A stretch of 64,000 bases of DNA, from contig JBBRSZ010000008.1 in the NCBI GenBank assembly GCA_038244915.1, positions 41,636 through 105,635 on the forward strand, in the 5' to 3' direction. Below are positions 18,301 to 27,101 of the stretch, in pieces (the first letter of the stretch is position 1; the number at the start of each line of letters is the position of its first letter). The position numbers and the translations under genes were made by a program. The stretch is from Burkholderiales bacterium. GTDB taxonomy: Bacteria > Pseudomonadota > Gammaproteobacteria > Burkholderiales > Burkholderiaceae_C. Under the pieces are notes generated by a model that was given only the letters and a program-made list of their open reading frames with translations, was not told where the DNA came from and made no database searches.

Positions 18301-20613
18301 TTACCGTGCAGCGTTGGCGTCGGCAACTGTCAGGGCCGTCATGTTGACGATCCGGCGCACCGTCGTGCTGGCAGTGAGGATATGCACCGGTTTGGCTGCT
18401 CCCAGCAGCACCGGCCCGATGGCGATATTGCCGCCGGCCGCTGTCTTGAGCAGGTTGTAAGAAATATTGGCTGCATCAATGTTGGGCATGACCAGCAGGT
18501 TGGCGTCGCCAGACAAGGTGCTGTGCGGCATGAGCGCGTCGCGCGAGGACCCGTCCAGGGCCAAGTCGCCGTGCATCTCGCCGTCCACTTCCAGCCAGGG
18601 GGCACGCTCGCGCAGCAGTCCCAGCGTCTCTCGCATCTTCACGGCGCTGGGGTTGTTGTGGCTGCCGAAGTTCGAATGGCTGAGCAGGGCGGCCTTGGGC
18701 TTGAGGCCGAAGCGCATCATTTCCTCGGCCGCCATGACGGTGATCTCGGCCAGCTGGACCGCCGTGGGGTCGTAGTTGACGTGGGTGTCGACGAGGAACA
18801 CCTGGCGGTTGGGCAGCAGCAGGCCGTTCATGCAGGCATAGGTGCAGACTCCTTCGCGCCGGCCGATGACCTGGTCGATGTACTGCAGGTGCATCGCCGT
18901 GTTGCCCCAGGTGCCGACGATCATGCCGTCGACTTCTTCCTTATGCAGGAGCATCGCGCCGATCAGCGACAGCCGCCGCCGCATCTCGATCTTGGCGATC
19001 TGCACCGTCACGCCCTTGCGCTCGGTCATGCGGTGGTAGGTCTGCCAGAAATCGCGGTAGCGATGGTCGTGCTCGACGTTGACGATGTCGTAGTCCAGCC
19101 CCTCCTTTAGCCGCAGCCCGAACTTCTCGATCCGCTGGGCGATGATGGTCGGGCGGCCGATGAAGGTCGGCCGGGCGATGCCCTCGTCGACCACGATCTG
19201 GGCCGCGCGCAGCACGCGCTCTTCTTCGCCTTCGCAGAAGGCCACGCGTTTCTTCTCCGCAGACTTCGCCATCTGGAAGATCGGCTTCATCGTCGTGCCC
19301 GACGCGTAGACGAAGCTTTGCAGCTTCTCGCGATAGGCGTCCATGTCCTTGATCGGGCGCAGGGCGACGCCGCTGTCGGCGGCGGCCTTGGCCACAGCCG
19401 GGGCGATTTTCATCATCAGCCGCGGATCGAAAGGCTTGGGGATCAGGTATTCGGGGCCGAAGGCGAGCTGCTGGCCGGCATACGCTGCTGCCACGACCTC
19501 GCTTTGTTCGGCCTGCGCCAGTTCCGCGATCGCGTACACGGCGGCAATTTCCATCTCCACCGTGATGGTGGTCGCGCCCGAATCGAGCGCGCCGCGGAAG
19601 ATGTACGGGAAGCACAGGACGTTGTTGACCTGGTTGGGATAGTCGGTGCGGCCGGTCGCCATGATCACGTCGTCGCGCACGGCCTTGGCGTCCTCCGGCG
19701 AGATCTCCGGATTGGGATTGGCCAGCGCCATGATGATCGGCTGAGGCCCCATCTTGCGAACCATGTCCTGCTTGAGCACGCCGCCCGCGGAAAGGCCCAG
19801 AAAGATGTCGGCGCCCTCGATGATCTCGCTCAGGGTGCGGGCCGACGTCTTCTGCGCGAACTGGATCTTGTCCTCGTCCATCAGCTCCTTGCGGCCTTCG
19901 TACACCACGCCCGCCAGGTCGGTGGCGTAGATGTTTTCGCGCGGCAGGCCCAGCTTCACCAGCAGGCCGAGGCAGGCCAGCGCCGCCGCGCCGGCGCCGG
20001 AGGTGACCAGCTTGACCTTCTTGATGTCCTTGCCGGCGACTTTCAGGCCGTTGAGGATGGCCGCGCCGACGGTGATCGCGGTGCCGTGCTGGTCGTCGTG
20101 GAAGACCGGGATGTTCATGCGCTCGCGCAGCTTGCGTTCGACATAGAAGCAGTCCGGCGCCTTGATGTCTTCCAGATTGATGCCGCCGAAGGTGGGCTCC
20201 AGCGAGGCAATGATGTCCACCAGCTTGTCGAGGTCATTCTTCTCGTTGATCTCGATGTCGAACACGTCGATGCCGGCGAACTTCTTGAACAGGACGGCCT
20301 TGCCTTCCATCACCGGCTTGGAGGCCAGCGGCCCGATGTCGCCCAGGCCCAGGACCGCGGTGCCGTTGGTGATGACCGCGACCAGGTTGCCCCGGGCGGT
20401 GTACTTGAAGGCGTTGTTGGGGTCCTTGACGATTTCCTCGCAAGGCGCCGCGACGCCCGGGGTGTACGCCAATGACAGGTCGTGCTGGTTGATCAGCTGT
20501 TTGGTGGCGGCAATCGAGATCTTGCCGGGGACGGGAAACTCGTGGTACTCGAGGGCGGCGCGCCGCAGTTCGGCGCGCTTTTCGAGCTCGGTCGCCTGTT
20601 GGTTTTCTGCCAT
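18301..20613 (-). CDS. maeB: NADP-dependent malic enzyme (malic enzyme domain plus phosphotransacetylase-like domain)
   Basis: ATG 20613 is preceded by [62 protein letters not shown]; total length 770 aa. The 155-aa Arg-rich N-extension in the track ORF was rejected. Confidence 0.9.
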   Translation of the reverse strand: MAENQQATELEKRAELRRAALEYHEFPVPGKISIAATKQLINQHDLSLAYTPGVAAPCEEIVKDPNNAFKYTARGNLVAVITNGTAVLGLGDIGPLASKPVMEGKAVLFKKFAGIDVFDIEINEKNDLDKLVDIIASLEPTFGGINLEDIKAPDCFYVERKLRERMNIPVFHDDQHGTAITVGAAILNGLKVAGKDIKKVKLVTSGAGAAALACLGLLVKLGLPRENIYATDLAGVVYEGRKELMDEDKIQFAQKTSARTLSEIIEGADIFLGLSAGGVLKQDMVRKMGPQPIIMALANPNPEISPEDAKAVRDDVIMATGRTDYPNQVNNVLCFPYIFRGALDSGATTITVEMEIAAVYAIAELAQAEQSEVVAAAYAGQQLAFGPEYLIPKPFDPRLMMKIAPAVAKAAADSGVALRPIKDMDAYREKLQSFVYASGTTMKPIFQMAKSAEKKRVAFCEGEEERVLRAAQIVVDEGIARPTFIGRPTIIAQRIEKFGLRLKEGLDYDIVNVEHDHRYRDFWQTYHRMTERKGVTVQIAKIEMRRRLSLIGAMLLHKEEVDGMIVGTWGNTAMHLQYIDQVIGRREGVCTYACMNGLLLPNRQVFLVDTHVNYDPTAVQLAEITVMAAEEMMRFGLKPKAALLSHSNFGSHNNPSAVKMRETLGLLRERAPWLEVDGEMHGDLALDGSSRDALMPHSTLSGDANLLVMPNIDAANISYNLLKTAAGGNIAIGPVLLGAAKPVHILTASTTVRRIVNMTALTVADANAAR

Positions 20614-20738
20614 GGGTCTTGTCTCCTGGGAGGACAGCTTACGCCATCGCAAAGACGTGCCGTCGGCTGGAAAGGGAGAGCGATTGTAGTCCCGCCCCCA
20701 CCGCGTCCGCGGTGAGAGCAGCTGTGCCAAAAACACGG

Positions 20739-21911
20739 CTAAACGACCAGCCGGGAACTCATCTCGGCCCGTCGCGCGGTCTGCTTGCCGGCCAGCACGA
20801 AGCCCCGCGCCAGTCCGCCGTCGTCGATGAAGTGCCACAGTCCTTCTTCGGGACCGTGCCACTGCCCGCTGCCGCCGACCGCTGGCGAAGCCACCACCAG
20901 CGGCAACGCCGGGGTCTTGACCGAGACCGGCATCAGCGGGAAGGCAAGCGTGTCTGCGCGGCCCGCCAGCCGCGCCGCCAGCACCCTGGCAGCGTTCATG
21001 ATCGGCATCACGTAGGGCAGGCTGCGCCCGCCGGCGATCGGTCCGTCGACCCAGCGGCCGGCGGCGTACTGGGCGCAATCTCCGAGCGCGAAGATGTCGG
21101 CGTCGCTGGTCGCCAGCGTGTTGTCCACCACGATGCCCCGTTCGCAGACCAGTCCGGCGGCCTGGGCCAGCGCGGTATCGGCCCGCAGGCCGATCGCGCT
21201 GAGCACCACATCGGCGGCGATGCTTTCTCCATTGGCCAATTCCAGCCGCAGGGCTTCGCCGTCCCGGTGCACGGACCGCACGGTGGTGCCGAAATGCCAG
21301 CCGACACCCAGCGCGTGCAGCGCCAGGCGCAGCGCCTCGCTCGCCTGCGCGGGCAGCAGTGCCGCCAGGGGACGCGTCGACGGGTCGATCACGCTCACCC
21401 GCAAGCCCGCTGTCGCCAAGTCATTGGCGAACTCGCAGCCGATCAGGCCGGCGCCCATGATCGCGACCCGCGCGCCGGGCCGCAGCTGGGCGTGAAAAGT
21501 GGCGAAGTCGTCCAATGAGTTGACGCTGAGCACAAGCTGCGCGCCGTCGCCTTCGAGCGGAACGCGGATCGGCCTGGCGCCGGTGGCGATCACCAGCCGG
21601 CTGTACGCGATTGGCCCTTTGCCGGTGACAACCGCATGTGCCGCGCGATCGATCGCCTCGACCCGAGTGTGCTGCAGCAGCGTTACGCCGAGCGTCTCGG
21701 CCATCTTCGCAGCCGCAGTGTTGACCAGCTGTTCCGGCCGCTTGCCCTGGGCGAAGGCATTGGACAGCGAGGGCTTGGCGTAGAAATCGCCCCCATCGGC
21801 CGTGATCACCGTCACCGGCGCCGCCGGCTCCAGCTTGCGCAGCTCGCGAACGGTGGTCCAGCCTGCCAGGCCGCTGCCGAGAACGACGATCGGATCGACG
21901 GTGGCGCTCAT
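20739..21911 (-). CDS. rubredoxin-NAD(+) reductase (FAD pyridine nucleotide-disulfide oxidoreductase)
   Basis: Two dinucleotide-binding folds (IVVLGSGLAG, VAIMGAGLIGCEFA). It lies directly downstream of rubredoxin with a 2-nt gap. Confidence 0.8.
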   Translation of the reverse strand: MSATVDPIVVLGSGLAGWTTVRELRKLEPAAPVTVITADGGDFYAKPSLSNAFAQGKRPEQLVNTAAAKMAETLGVTLLQHTRVEAIDRAAHAVVTGKGPIAYSRLVIATGARPIRVPLEGDGAQLVLSVNSLDDFATFHAQLRPGARVAIMGAGLIGCEFANDLATAGLRVSVIDPSTRPLAALLPAQASEALRLALHALGVGWHFGTTVRSVHRDGEALRLELANGESIAADVVLSAIGLRADTALAQAAGLVCERGIVVDNTLATSDADIFALGDCAQYAAGRWVDGPIAGGRSLPYVMPIMNAARVLAARLAGRADTLAFPLMPVSVKTPALPLVVASPAVGGSGQWHGPEEGLWHFIDDGGLARGFVLAGKQTARRAEMSSRLVV

Positions 21912-21913
21912 CC

Positions 21914-22078
21914 TCAGATCTCGACGACTTCGAAATCGGCCTTGGCGACGCCGCAGTCCGGGCAGGCCCAGTTGTCGGGGACATCGGTCCAGCGGGTGCC
22001 TGGGGCCAAGCCGTCTTCAGGCCGGCCTGCGGTCTCGTCATAGATGAAGCCGCAAACAACGCAGAGATAGGTTTTCAT
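21914..22078 (-). CDS. rubredoxin
   Basis: [15 protein letters not shown]...[18 protein letters not shown] has two CxxCG knuckles. A GAAGGAAAC RBS precedes ATG 22078. Confidence 0.9.
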   Translation of the reverse strand: MKTYLCVVCGFIYDETAGRPEDGLAPGTRWTDVPDNWACPDCGVAKADFEVVEI

Positions 22079-22147
22079 GGTTTTGTTTCCTTCAGAGGAG
22101 AGGTTCAAGGAGATAGACGCTGTTCGCGAGCGAAAAGTGACGCGGTT

Positions 22148-22636
22148 TCAGGCGGCCGCCGTGACTTTGTCCAGCTGGGCCCGGTAATGGGCGGCGTGCC
22201 GCTCTTCGACCTTGGCCAGGGCGGCGAACCGCTTCTGCGCCTTTTCCAGGGTGGCGCGGAACTGCGCGGCGTGGACCTTCGACTCCTCGATCTGCTCGCT
22301 CATCTCGGCCACCGCGGCGGCGTTGCCCTCGGCTTGCGCGGTCCTGCGAAAACCCGGGTACATCTCGGAGTACTCATAGGTCTCGCCGTCGATGGCGATC
22401 TGCAGCGCCCTGGCCGGGGTCATCTCGGCCTTGGGGTACAGCAGGTCGAGGTGGCCGAACGCGTGGGCCACTTCCTGATTGGCGGTTTCCTCGAACGTTC
22501 GGGCGGTCTCCTCGTCGCCGGCTTCGCGCGCCAGCTTGGCGAAGTAGCGGTACTTGATGTGTGCCATGGACTCGCCCGCGAAGGCGGCCTCCAGGTTGGC
22601 CAGGGTCTTGATCTCGGGGCGTTCGGTGGCGGTCAT
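22148..22636 (-). CDS. rubrerythrin-family ferritin-like diiron protein (no rubredoxin domain)
   Basis: ATG 22636 is preceded by GGAGAT. NLEAAFAGESMAHIKYRYFA...EEVAHAF...ETYE contains the ExxH diiron motifs. Length 162 aa. Confidence 0.8.
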   Translation of the reverse strand: MTATERPEIKTLANLEAAFAGESMAHIKYRYFAKLAREAGDEETARTFEETANQEVAHAFGHLDLLYPKAEMTPARALQIAIDGETYEYSEMYPGFRRTAQAEGNAAAVAEMSEQIEESKVHAAQFRATLEKAQKRFAALAKVEERHAAHYRAQLDKVTAAA

Positions 22637-22798
22637 CTGGATCTCCTTGTGGATAGCCGATTGAGGGAATCGATCGGCACAGGAGAGATGGTAGGGAGTT
22701 ACTATAGTCAAAGCCAATTGTCTTTGGCTAATCGATTGATAGGCCCTATTCAAGGCGGACGTATCATCCGGCCACATTCCACCCACGAGGAGCGGGCC
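22637..22798. promoter_or_regulatory. divergent promoter/operator region between the rubrerythrin operon and the SPFH operon
   Basis: The region is visibly more AT-rich than its flanks. It contains the inverted repeat AGCCAA-n6-TTGGCT (22712-22729) and two AATCGAT cores (about 22668-22674 and 22730-22736). No promoter hexamers could be assigned with confidence. Confidence 0.35.
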
Positions 22799-23839
22799 AT
22801 GGCGCTGATGGATTTCATCAAGAAGCAGTTCATCGACATCATCCAGTGGACCGAGGACGGCGACGGCACGCTGGCCTGGCGCTTCCCGATGCGGGACATG
22901 GAAATCCAGTACGGTGCCATGCTGACCGTGCGCGAATCCCAGCTGGCGGTGTTCGTCAACGAAGGCAAGGTGGCCGATGTGTTCGGCCCCGGCCTGTACA
23001 AGCTGACCACGCAGACCATCCCGGTGCTGACCTACCTGAAGAACTGGGACAAGCTGTTCGAGTCCCCGTTCAAGAGCGATGTCTATTTTTTCAGCGCCCG
23101 CCAGCAGGTCGACCAGCGCTGGGGCACGCCGCAGCCGATCACCATCCGCGACAAGGACTTCGGCGCTGTGCGGCTGCGGGCCTTCGGCAACTACAGCTAT
23201 CGGGTCGCCGATCCCAAGCTGTTCCACACCCAGATCTCCGGCACCCGCGACCTGTACACCGTCAATGACCTCGACGGCCAGCTGCGCGGGCTGATCCTGC
23301 AGCACATCTCCGACGCCATCGCCAGCAGCGGCATTGCGTTCCTGGACCTGGCGACCAACCAGAGCGAATTCGCCCGGGTCCTGACGACCGAGCTCGCGCC
23401 GTCTTTCGAGGCCATCGGCCTGAAGCTGGAAGGCATGACGGTGCAGAACCTGTCGCTGCCCGAGGAGCTGCAGAAGCTGCTGGACCAGCGCATCGGCATG
23501 GGCATGGTCGGCAACGACATGGGCAAGTTCATGCAGTACCAGACCGCGCAGGCGATTCCGGAAATGGCCAAGGGCGTCGCAGCCGGCGGCGGTGGCGGCA
23601 TCGCGGGTGACGCCATGGGCCTGGGCGCGGGCATCGCCATGGGACAGGTGCTCGCGAAGAACCTGCAGGAGGGCCTGCAGAGCGCAGCGGCTTCGCCAGC
23701 GGCGCAGGTCAATGCCACGGTGAAGCCGGACGACGTCATGGCCACGCTGGAGAAGCTCGGAGAGCTCAAGGCCAAGGGGATCCTGACGCAGGAAGAGTTC
23801 GACGCCAAGAAGGCTGAGCTGCTCAAGAAGCTGGTGTGA
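22799..23839 (+). CDS. SPFH/Band-7 domain protein (YdjI, virion-core-like type) with C-terminal SHOCT-like motif
   Basis: ATG 22799 is preceded by GAGGAG. MALMDFIKKQFIDIIQWTEDGDGTLAWRFPM...LTVRESQLAVFVNEGKV. A Gly-rich linker leads to the C-terminal LGELKAKGILTQEEFDAKKAELLKKL. Confidence 0.8.
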   Translation: MALMDFIKKQFIDIIQWTEDGDGTLAWRFPMRDMEIQYGAMLTVRESQLAVFVNEGKVADVFGPGLYKLTTQTIPVLTYLKNWDKLFESPFKSDVYFFSARQQVDQRWGTPQPITIRDKDFGAVRLRAFGNYSYRVADPKLFHTQISGTRDLYTVNDLDGQLRGLILQHISDAIASSGIAFLDLATNQSEFARVLTTELAPSFEAIGLKLEGMTVQNLSLPEELQKLLDQRIGMGMVGNDMGKFMQYQTAQAIPEMAKGVAAGGGGGIAGDAMGLGAGIAMGQVLAKNLQEGLQSAAASPAAQVNATVKPDDVMATLEKLGELKAKGILTQEEFDAKKAELLKKLV

Positions 23840-25314
23840 CGCCGCAACGCGTCTACCGCGCGCCCTGCCCCGGCTGCGGTGCGCCGGTCGAATTCCGCAG
23901 CGCCCAGTCGACTCACGCGGTCTGCAGCTACTGCCACAGCACCGTGGTGCGCGATGGCGACACGCTGTCGCGCATCGGCAAAATGGCGGAGCTGTTCGAC
24001 GACCACAGCCCGCTGCAACTCATGGCCGCCGGGCGCTGGCAGGCCAGGGGCTTCACCCTGGTCGGCCGATTGCAGTACAAAGGCCCGAGCGGGACCTGGG
24101 CCGAATGGAACCTGCTGTTCGACGACGGCGGCGCCGCACTGCTGGCGGAGGACAACGGCGCCTATGTGTTGGCCTTCCCGGCCGCGGCGCAGCGTGAGCT
24201 GCCCGAGGCGGCGCGCCTGCGCGTCGGCGCCACGACGGCGATCGGCGGCAAGACCTTCAACATCGCATCCAACGAAGACGTCACACTGATTTCCGCGCAG
24301 GGCGAGCTGCCCAAGCTGCCGCCGTTGGGCCAGACGTTCGCCATGGTGGAACTGCGCAGCGACGACGGCGAGGTGCTGAGCATCGACTACGGCTCGGAAC
24401 CGCCGGCCGTGAGCCGCGGCCGCTCCGTGCTGCTGGACGCCCTGCAGTTGACCGGGCTGAGCGACGAGAGCGCGAAACAGGAGCAGGCGCGCCAGTTCGC
24501 CTGCCCCAATTGCGGCGCGCCGGTGCAGGTGCAGCTGGCCGAAAGCAAGAGCATCACCTGCCGCTCCTGCAACAGCCTGATCGACCTGACCCACGGCATC
24601 GGCTCGGAGCTGCGGCACGCGCTGCAGGACGAGCCGATCGTGCCGCTGATCCCCCTGGGCAGCCTGGGCCAGTTGCAGGGGGCGCAATGGCAGGTGGTCG
24701 GCTACCAGCACCGGATGGGCCATGAGCCTGGCGAGGACGAGCACTTCGGCTGGGACGAGTACCTGCTGTACGAGCGCAAGCGCGGCTTCATCTTCCTGGT
24801 CGATTCCCAGGAGGGCTGGAGCATCGTCAAGCCCACCACGGGCGCGCCCAGGTATGTCGACGGCGCCAGCAGCGCCAGCTACCTTGGCACGACCTACCAG
24901 CTCAAAGACAGCTACGAGGCGCAGACCAGCTACGTGGCCGGCGAGTTCTACTGGCCGGTGGAGCGCGGCCAGGCCAGCTACAACCGCGACTTCGCCAGCG
25001 GCAGCGGCGTGCTGTCGATGGAGCAGGCGCCGCGCGAGATCACCTGGTCCAGCGGCAGCACCATCGCCAGTGACACCGTGGCCAAGGCGTTCGGCCTCGA
25101 CCAGAAGAAAGAGCTGCTGCAGCGCAGCGACGCCGGGCCGACCAGCCGCGCCAGCGGGGTCGGCTGCGGCACCATCATTGCGCTGGTCATCGTGCTGCTG
25201 ATCCTGCTGGCGCTGCTGCGCGCCTGCTCGGACGGGTCCTCTTCGGGCGGCAGCGCGTGGCGCAGCGGCGGCGGTTCATTCGGCGGCTACTCCAGCGGCG
25301 GCGGCCACAAATAG
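23836..25314 (+). CDS. DUF4178-type protein with two zinc-ribbon/DUF4178 repeats, a C-terminal TM helix and a Gly/Ser tail
   Basis: GTG start within a GTGA overlap. Two zinc ribbons: CPGCGAPVEF..CSYCHS and CPNCGAPVQV..CRSCNS. Also FGWDEYLLY...GEFYW, the TM segment IIALVIVLLILLALL, and the tail GGSFGGYSSGGGHK. Confidence 0.7.
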   Translation: MTPQRVYRAPCPGCGAPVEFRSAQSTHAVCSYCHSTVVRDGDTLSRIGKMAELFDDHSPLQLMAAGRWQARGFTLVGRLQYKGPSGTWAEWNLLFDDGGAALLAEDNGAYVLAFPAAAQRELPEAARLRVGATTAIGGKTFNIASNEDVTLISAQGELPKLPPLGQTFAMVELRSDDGEVLSIDYGSEPPAVSRGRSVLLDALQLTGLSDESAKQEQARQFACPNCGAPVQVQLAESKSITCRSCNSLIDLTHGIGSELRHALQDEPIVPLIPLGSLGQLQGAQWQVVGYQHRMGHEPGEDEHFGWDEYLLYERKRGFIFLVDSQEGWSIVKPTTGAPRYVDGASSASYLGTTYQLKDSYEAQTSYVAGEFYWPVERGQASYNRDFASGSGVLSMEQAPREITWSSGSTIASDTVAKAFGLDQKKELLQRSDAGPTSRASGVGCGTIIALVIVLLILLALLRACSDGSSSGGSAWRSGGGSFGGYSSGGGHK

Positions 25315-25344
25315 ATTTTGCGATGATTTCACAAGGAGAGCTCC

Positions 25345-25566
25345 ATGGGCATTGAATGGCTGAAACCCGGCGCCTTTTTCGGCTCCATCCTGTACGCGCT
25401 GATCGGCGTCGTCGTGTTCTGGCTGAGCTTCGTCATCATCGACAAGTTCACGCCCTACAAGCTGTGGGAGGAGATCGTCGAGAAGCAGAACCGCGCGCTG
25501 GCGCTGGTGGTTGCGGCGATGGCGCTGGGCATCTCGATCATCGTCGCCGCCGCCATCCACGGGTGA
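25345..25566 (+). CDS. DUF350 (YjfL-type) small membrane protein
   Basis: AAGGAGA RBS. The 73-aa protein has two TM helices flanking DKFTPYKLWEEIVEKQNRALAL, as in DUF350. Confidence 0.7.
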   Translation: MGIEWLKPGAFFGSILYALIGVVVFWLSFVIIDKFTPYKLWEEIVEKQNRALALVVAAMALGISIIVAAAIHG

Positions 25567-27101
25567 AGGCGGTCGCGCAAGTCCTGCCGACGCCCCGCCC
25601 GGTCGAGGTGGCGCTGCTGGCCTCGGTGTTCGTGGTCGCGGCCTGCGGGCTGGTCTACGAACTGGCCGCGGGCGCGCTCGCTTCATACGTGTTGGGCGAT
25701 TCGGTGCTGCAGTTTTCCACCGTCATCGGTACCTACCTGTTCGCGATGGGCGTCGGCTCCTGGCTGTCGCGCTATTTCGAGCGCCAGCTGCCCGCGCACT
25801 TCCTGCGCATCGAATTGATGGTGGCGCTGGTCGGCGGGCTGATGCCGGCCCTGCTGTTCCTCGCCAACGCCTATGCGCCGGGCTCGTTTCGCTTCCTGCT
25901 GTACGCGCTGGTGCTGGCGGTGGGCACGCTGGTGGGACTGGAGATCCCGCTCGTCATGCGGATCCTGCGCCGCAACGTGGCGCTGAAAGACCTGGTCTCG
26001 CAAGTCCTCACCTTCGACTACCTCGGCGCCCTCGCCGTGTCGGTGGCTTTCCCGCTGCTGCTGGTGCCGCAGCTCGGGCTGATCCGCACCGGTGTGCTGT
26101 TCGGCCTGATGAACGGCGCGGTGGCGCTGTGGGCCCTGTGGCTGTTCCGGCACGAGCTGCGCCGGATGCGGGCGCACGCCGCGGCCTGCGTGCTGACGCT
26201 GGCGGCGCTGGCGGCCGCCTTCGCCGGCGCCGGCCGCATCACCACGCTGGCGGAAGACCGCTTCTACCAGGACAGCGTCGTGTTCAGCGCAACCTCGCCC
26301 TGGCAGCGCATCGTGGTGACGCATGGCCGCGCCGGCCACCGGCTGTTCCTGAACGGCAACCTGCAGTTCTCCGAGCGCGACGAATACCGCTATCACGAGG
26401 CGCTGGTCCATCCGGCGATGGCGGGGCACGGCGCTGCGCGCAAGGTGGCCGTGCTCGGTGGCGGCGACGGGATGGCGGTGCGTGAAATCCTGCGCTACCC
26501 CGGCGTCGAGAGCGTCACGCTGGTGGAGCTCGATCCCAACATGACGCAGCTGTTCTCGCAGCACGAGGCGCTGGCGCGCCTGAACGGCGGATCGCTCTCG
26601 TCGCCGAAAGTGAAGATCGTCAATGCCGATGCCTTCAAGTGGCTGGAGGACTCGAAGGACATGTTCGACGTGATCGTGGTCGACTTTCCGGACCCGACCA
26701 ACTTCTCGATCGGCAAGCTGTACACGCAATCGTTCTATGCCCTGCTGGAGCAGCGCCTGTCGGCCAGCGGCTACGCCGTGATCCAGACCACCTCGCCGCT
26801 GGTGGCGCGCCAGAGCTTCTGGACCGTGGTGGCGACGCTGGAATCCGTCGGCCTGCGGGCCGTGCCGTACCACGCCCACGTACCGAGCTTCGGCGAATGG
26901 GGTTTCGTGATCGCCAGCCGCCGGCCGTTCCGGCTGCCGCCGGAATTGCCGCCGGGGTTGCGATTTCTGACGCCGGACAGCCTGCCTGCGCTGTTCGACT
27001 TCCCGCGCGACATGGCGCGGGTTCCGGCGCAGGTGAACCGGCTTTCCAACCAGGTGCTGGTGACCACCTACGAGCGCGAATGGGGCAGGGTGGCGCAGTG
27101 A
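25563..27101 (+). CDS. membrane-anchored polyamine aminopropyltransferase (spermidine/spermine synthase-like)
   Basis: GTG start in a GTGA overlap. The N-terminal part (about 200 aa) is polytopic. The C-terminal fold carries VAVLGGGDGMAVREILRYPGVESVTLVELDPNM and VIVVDFPDPTNFSIGKLYT. Confidence 0.8.
   Translation: MKAVAQVLPTPRPVEVALLASVFVVAACGLVYELAAGALASYVLGDSVLQFSTVIGTYLFAMGVGSWLSRYFERQLPAHFLRIELMVALVGGLMPALLFLANAYAPGSFRFLLYALVLAVGTLVGLEIPLVMRILRRNVALKDLVSQVLTFDYLGALAVSVAFPLLLVPQLGLIRTGVLFGLMNGAVALWALWLFRHELRRMRAHAAACVLTLAALAAAFAGAGRITTLAEDRFYQDSVVFSATSPWQRIVVTHGRAGHRLFLNGNLQFSERDEYRYHEALVHPAMAGHGAARKVAVLGGGDGMAVREILRYPGVESVTLVELDPNMTQLFSQHEALARLNGGSLSSPKVKIVNADAFKWLEDSKDMFDVIVVDFPDPTNFSIGKLYTQSFYALLEQRLSASGYAVIQTTSPLVARQSFWTVVATLESVGLRAVPYHAHVPSFGEWGFVIASRRPFRLPPELPPGLRFLTPDSLPALFDFPRDMARVPAQVNRLSNQVLVTTYEREWGRVAQ

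Noticed and set aside
20614-21078. Upstream N-terminal extensions of track ORFs. Examples are the 155 aa before MAENQQ of maeB, the 248 aa before the amidase start (49183-51342 ORF), the 164 aa before dctM-B, and the extensions on gcl, glxR, tauD, slyD and the hydantoinase.
   Set aside because: The extensions are Arg-rich, overlap the preceding gene, and lack an RBS. In each case an internal ATG has a good Shine-Dalgarno sequence and a family-typical N-terminus.
22653-22750. ATAG/CTAT tetranucleotides in the rubrerythrin/SPFH intergenic region that resemble pieces of an OxyR-type ATAG-n7-CTAT array.
   Set aside because: The spacing does not fit the consensus register when counted, so I could not build a convincing site.
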